NCBI GenBank assembly: GCA_042569905.1
Contig: JBHPHA010000005.1
Coordinates: 1 to 53,654 of the forward strand
DNA length: 53,654 bases
DNA from: Patescibacteria group bacterium
Lineage (GTDB): Bacteria; Patescibacteriota; Minisyncoccia; Moranbacterales; UBA9337
Direction of reading: 5' to 3'
In this document: one piece after another, positions 49,543 through 53,654 of the stretch
Position numbering within the stretch: position 1 is the stretch's first letter
How the letters are laid out: every line of letters starts with the position of its first letter
The notes under the pieces: model-generated
Databases searched by the model: none
What the model was told of the DNA's origin: nothing
What the model saw: only the letters and a program-made list of their open reading frames with translations
Position numbers and translations under genes: made by a program

Positions 49543-50064
49543 ATGATTGAATTATTTAAAAAAATAGTTAATAGTGTCGACATTCACTCCAATTTGTTGA
49601 TCCAAAACCTACAACTAACTTTTCCACCCGAAATGTTCTGGGCTCAGCAAGAAAGCAATTTAGTCCAAGGCGAAATAGTGAAGCTGCTTAATTCACCCGG
49701 AAAACATACAGTCTATAATCGAGAGGTATTTGGTGGGCATATACTTATCATTGGACTTAATGATTTCAAAATCGTTAAAAGAAATTTCAGAGTCTTGAGT
49801 AAAAAGACAACTACATACGAGGTAGCGTCCATTGATACAGTCATTAAATTATGTATTACTCACTCCAATAAAACGTTCTCCTTATATTCCTTCTGTCCTC
49901 AGTGTGGGGATCAATTCAAAAAATCAAATACATATTCTACGTGCTCAACAGAAAGACACAAAAGGTATTCATTAGAAAAAAACTTTACCTACTGTCCCGA
50001 TTGTGGCAACAGAATAGCTGAGTATCTAAAAATCGAACAAGCTGAACAAGGCGTGTACACATGA
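49543..50064 (+). CDS. hypothetical protein with a C-terminal zinc ribbon
   Basis: TTGACT-17-TATACT promoter, AAGGAG SD, FCPQCG..YCPDCG. Confidence 0.7.
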   Translation: MIELFKKIVNSVDIHSNLLIQNLQLTFPPEMFWAQQESNLVQGEIVKLLNSPGKHTVYNREVFGGHILIIGLNDFKIVKRNFRVLSKKTTTYEVASIDTVIKLCITHSNKTFSLYSFCPQCGDQFKKSNTYSTCSTERHKRYSLEKNFTYCPDCGNRIAEYLKIEQAEQGVYT

Positions 50065-50435
50065 AAACAAACATAGTTAGAATTCGAGTAGAAAAAAGAA
50101 AGGATCCATTAGAATTCACCAGTATTAGTCTCATTATTGACGGAGAGCCTATCGATGACACAAAGATATATAAATATATATCTCTCAATGGGACTACACT
50201 TGACCTCATTCCTATTGTCTATAGAAAAATAATGGCTGAAGGAATGCCTGGCATTGTCTTTGACTACGGTTTTTTCTTAGTCAATTCAAAAAATTCAAAT
50301 CTTCACAGGAAAAAAATCCGAATACAAGAAGGAATGGAGGTGTTTTTAACTGATACATGCGCTCATAGATGCGCTCATAAACCTTGGTTAAGAAAATATT
50401 CACACTGCCCTGAATGCGGGGAGAAACTGAAATAA
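50061..50435 (+). CDS. hypothetical protein with a C-terminal zinc ribbon
   Basis: ATGA overlap with the upstream ORF; HCPECG; paralog of the next ORF. Confidence 0.7.
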   Translation: MKTNIVRIRVEKRKDPLEFTSISLIIDGEPIDDTKIYKYISLNGTTLDLIPIVYRKIMAEGMPGIVFDYGFFLVNSKNSNLHRKKIRIQEGMEVFLTDTCAHRCAHKPWLRKYSHCPECGEKLK

Positions 50436-50449
50436 GAAAGGATTTCACA

Positions 50450-50710
50450 ATGAAAACAAATACAGTTAGAATTCGAGTAGGATATGCTAGTGGGGGATCA
50501 AGAAAAACATTTCCAGTGCTAGATGGAAATCGCATCATAAGCGGATCCAGATTCATCGTATCGATAAATGGAACAGAGCGAGCCTGTGTTGCAAACACTG
50601 AACGACAGAAAGTTATTGGAACTACAATAATTGTCCTTGGAGTGTTTCAGACATGCACTGGTACTAAGGAATTCCAAATACAAGAAGGTATGGAGGTTTT
50701 TCCAATATAG
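50450..50710 (+). CDS. hypothetical protein, paralog of 50061..50435
   Basis: MKTNTVRIRV..IQEGMEVF shared termini; AAGGA SD; terminator at ~50732-50770. Confidence 0.7.
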   Translation: MKTNTVRIRVGYASGGSRKTFPVLDGNRIISGSRFIVSINGTERACVANTERQKVIGTTIIVLGVFQTCTGTKEFQIQEGMEVFPI

Positions 50711-50765
50711 CAATTGCCAAAAGGAATCAACAAAACGAGTCTCACCAAACGGTGACACTCGTTTT

Positions 50766-51218
50766 TTATTTCCCTAAAATTGTTCGCAAAAAATCCTGTT
50801 GAAAAAAAGTAAAATCATCTACACTTAAGTCACTCAATTTTTTCCAATACAGCCCCACCGTCTCCTTATCAATTTTCCCAGACTGTTCTTCAGAAACCCT
50901 CTCAATCTGATAATAAATACTAATTCTTTGAAAAAATAAATCACTCTCTGGTTTACCAAAAAGATGACTATCAATGTAAATCGGATCAGAATTTACCCTA
51001 ATAGAATAACCTGTCTCTTCAAAAAATTCCCTTTCAAGTGATTCGACAAGATTCTCTCCTAATTCAATTGCTCCTCCTGGGAGACAGTACTTATCATCCC
51101 AATTAGGTTGCATAATAAGGATCTTTCCGTCTTCGATTAAAACACCGTAAACAGCTGGTCTCCAATTATACTCTCTAGGGGACTCTATTGCACTCCCTTT
51201 AACATCACGAAATTTCAT
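50766..51218 (-). CDS. NUDIX hydrolase
   Basis: GGAIELGENLVESLEREFFEETG Nudix box. Confidence 0.92.
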   Translation of the reverse strand: MKFRDVKGSAIESPREYNWRPAVYGVLIEDGKILIMQPNWDDKYCLPGGAIELGENLVESLEREFFEETGYSIRVNSDPIYIDSHLFGKPESDLFFQRISIYYQIERVSEEQSGKIDKETVGLYWKKLSDLSVDDFTFFQQDFLRTILGK

Positions 51219-51273
51219 AATTTAAAAAATAAATAAATGACTATTTAAATGTATCTTTAAATACATATTTAAT

Positions 51274-51954
51274 TTAATAAACAATAACAACAAACTCCCC
51301 TTTCATTTTTCCGGGTTTTTCTTTGAAATACTCAATCACCTCACCGACACTTCCACGCACAACTTCTTCAAACATTTTCGTAAGCTCTCTCCCAACAATC
51401 ACATTTTTATTCTCATCCAAGCTCTGAAGGAGTTCCAAGTTTTTCACCACACGATAAACACTATCATAGTACATCACTGGAATTTCCATTTCCACCACTT
51501 TTTTGAAATATGTCTGTCTTCCTTTTTTGTGTGGAGGAAATCCCCAAAAAGTAAATTTCTGCATATCAATTCCACTCACGCTAACCAATGTCGCAATCGC
51601 AGACACGCCTGGAATAGGAACAGCTTCAAATCCAGCCTTCAAAACCTCTTTAACTAAAACATTTCCTGGGTCAGAAATTCCTGGGGTTCCAGCATCAGTC
51701 ACGAGCGCAATATTTTTTCCATCTCTTAATTTCTCAATCAACGTGTCAACTTTAGCAAGCTTACTGTGCTGATGATATGAAATGAGAGGCTTTGAAATTT
51801 CGTACCTATTCAGCAGTCTCCTTGTCACACGAGTATCCTCACACGCAATCAAGTCAGCGCTCTTCAACGTTTCAAGCGCTCTAATAGTAACATCCTCCAA
51901 GTTTCCAATGGGAGTCCCTACAACAAACAAAATTCCCTTATTTTCTTTTTCCAT
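51274..51954 (-). CDS. rsmI: 16S rRNA (cytidine-1402-2'-O)-methyltransferase
   Basis: GTPIGNLED, CEDTRVT, DAGTPGISDPG, RELTKMFEE, KGEFV. Confidence 0.96.
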   Translation of the reverse strand: MEKENKGILFVVGTPIGNLEDVTIRALETLKSADLIACEDTRVTRRLLNRYEISKPLISYHQHSKLAKVDTLIEKLRDGKNIALVTDAGTPGISDPGNVLVKEVLKAGFEAVPIPGVSAIATLVSVSGIDMQKFTFWGFPPHKKGRQTYFKKVVEMEIPVMYYDSVYRVVKNLELLQSLDENKNVIVGRELTKMFEEVVRGSVGEVIEYFKEKPGKMKGEFVVIVY

Positions 51955-52023
51955 ATATAATTATAATAAATTTACAGTTAACTATAGACTACTAACTAAA
52001 AACTATTAACTTAATTTAATACT

Positions 52024-52485
52024 ATGACCCTAACAACTCACGCACTCGCTGGTGCTGTCATTGGAAAGTATTTTTCCAATCCATTTATCATAGTACTCTT
52101 CTCTATCGCTGTCCACTATGCAATTGACACTTTTCGTCATGGAGAATATTTAAACAGAAAATCAACTTGGAAAAACACTACCTGGAAAATTCTTCTAGAT
52201 CTTTCAATTGGTCTTATGCTAGTTTCATTTTTAGTATCTCAAAGCAAGCAAGTGATTAGTATTCCAAATATTTCACTAGCGGTATTTTTCTCGCTTCTTC
52301 CAGATTTCATCACTCTTCTTTACTGGAAACTGGGATTTAAAAAACTCAAATTTCTCTATATCTTTCACACCAATATTCATTCTCATAAACAAGGAGCGCA
52401 AGAAAGAGTATGGATTCCCAGAAATCTTATCAATGACATTCTGATTTCAACAATTGCGATTATTATCTTTATTCTAAATCACTAA
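52024..52485 (+). CDS. membrane-bound metal-dependent hydrolase-like protein
   Basis: TTHAL..HYAIDTFRH..LLPD..HTNIH His/Asp pattern among TM helices. Confidence 0.7.
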   Translation: MTLTTHALAGAVIGKYFSNPFIIVLFSIAVHYAIDTFRHGEYLNRKSTWKNTTWKILLDLSIGLMLVSFLVSQSKQVISIPNISLAVFFSLLPDFITLLYWKLGFKKLKFLYIFHTNIHSHKQGAQERVWIPRNLINDILISTIAIIIFILNH

Positions 52486-52520
52486 ACAAACATTGACTTC
52501 TCAATCATACCTTTCAAGAA

Positions 52521-52593
52521 ATCTTGAATAATATGTTTTTCGAAGTCTTGTACCAACTGGAACGAAGGGCGAAAAAAGTATATTGTTCAAGAT
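52521..52593. repeat. dispersed hairpin family B, copy 3
   Basis: ATCTTGAA..TTCAAGAT stem with loop TGTACCAACTGGAACGAA. Confidence 0.7.
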
Positions 52594-52622
52594 CCTACTA
52601 TCTCATACTTCAAATCTCAAAC

Positions 52623-53636
52623 CTAATCAGTGCTTCTCCAGCTCTGAATCACAACATTAACAGCAGTTGCAACTGGAACAGCCAATATTACTCCAGCCAC
52701 CCCAGCAATTTTCATTCCAATCAACAAAGAAAAAATAATCACAAGCGGATTTAAACCAACCGCTCTTTTCATTATCTGCGGAACAATGATATGATTCTCG
52801 GCTTGCTGCACTAAGACATAAAATATCAAAACAACAACACCTTTCACTGGTGAAACAAAGAATCCAATTAAAACAGCAATCACAGTTGAAACCACTGGTC
52901 CTACATATGGAACAATCTCCAAAACACCTCCCAAAATTGCGATAGCTAGTGCATATGGAACATCTAGAAAATATAATACAAGATAGTCCAGTGCAAATAT
53001 CACAAACATCAAAAGTAGTTGTCCTAGCATCCATCTACCAATTTTCTCCTTGATAATCAAAGCTACTTTTATTACCTTATTTTTATATTTCTTAGGAGAA
53101 ATTGAACCCAAAAACTTCTCCATCCCATCTTGAATAATCGACATATAGAAAGCCATTGAAAAAACTACAATAAAAGAAAAGGCTCCAATAAAAAATCCCA
53201 TTGTTGTTGAGAATATACTCAAAGAAGAATTGCTTAAATTACCCCCTATTCTATTAATCACATCATGACTATTAATACTCGCATTATCATAAAAACTAAT
53301 CCTACCAAAAAAGCTATCGAGTTTTTCTAGATAATGAGGCAAATCAACTAAAAATTCCTTAAATTGCGACATTATGGCAGGAATCAAAACTGAGAAAGCG
53401 GTGCCAATTACAAGAATTAAAGCGACATAAATTATCAAAACTCCTGCTGGCCTAGGGATTCGAGACCTGCTTAGCCAACTAACAACTGGGTCAATTGCTG
53501 CCATCACAACCACTGCCACAAAAAACAAAACAATAATATCCCTTGTGAGGTATAACAAATACACCGCCAGAGCTGCAGCAGCTACTTTCAAAATAATTTC
53601 CGTATAGATATTGATGATTTGTTTTTCAGATTTCAT
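52623..53636 (-). CDS. AI-2E family transporter (UPF0118)
   Basis: LEIVPYVGP, QQAENHIIVPQIM..VGLNP, GVILAVP. Confidence 0.93.
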   Translation of the reverse strand: MKSEKQIINIYTEIILKVAAAALAVYLLYLTRDIIVLFFVAVVVMAAIDPVVSWLSRSRIPRPAGVLIIYVALILVIGTAFSVLIPAIMSQFKEFLVDLPHYLEKLDSFFGRISFYDNASINSHDVINRIGGNLSNSSLSIFSTTMGFFIGAFSFIVVFSMAFYMSIIQDGMEKFLGSISPKKYKNKVIKVALIIKEKIGRWMLGQLLLMFVIFALDYLVLYFLDVPYALAIAILGGVLEIVPYVGPVVSTVIAVLIGFFVSPVKGVVVLIFYVLVQQAENHIIVPQIMKRAVGLNPLVIIFSLLIGMKIAGVAGVILAVPVATAVNVVIQSWRSTD

Positions 53637-53654
53637 TATATTTAGTAGCTAGTA

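Overview
AT-rich bacterial chromosome segment in genetic code 11. Gene content and style suggest Patescibacteria/CPR, possibly Parcubacteria such as Moranbacteria (inference only). Housekeeping genes lie almost entirely on the minus strand: a rodZ-like gene, ftsK, the infA-rpmJ-rpsK-rpsM-rpsD-rpoA-rplQ-rplM-rpsI cluster, tRNA-Glu, glmS, yvcK, leuS, a full F1Fo ATP synthase operon, tatD, metG and rsmI. Between them are small orphan ORF cassettes, typically with their own promoter, Shine-Dalgarno and terminator. The most striking region is 22.7-27.5 kb, which holds three amino-acid-sensing-type RNA switches. Two are leader-peptide attenuators missed by the ORF track (sensor runs YFFFFFFW and VIITLL on a shared scaffold), and the third is a T-box-like element. 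They precede small orphan genes, several Cys-rich, plus a divergent leuA and a stand-alone CimA/LeuA regulatory domain, upstream of leuS. Other notable items: a candidate ~245-nt structured ncRNA, REPIN-like 188-bp elements beside a GIY-YIG nuclease, a second dispersed hairpin family, an rpsK/rpsM order swap, and a 1752-aa phage-fibre-like surface protein with a 732-bp internal tandem duplication.
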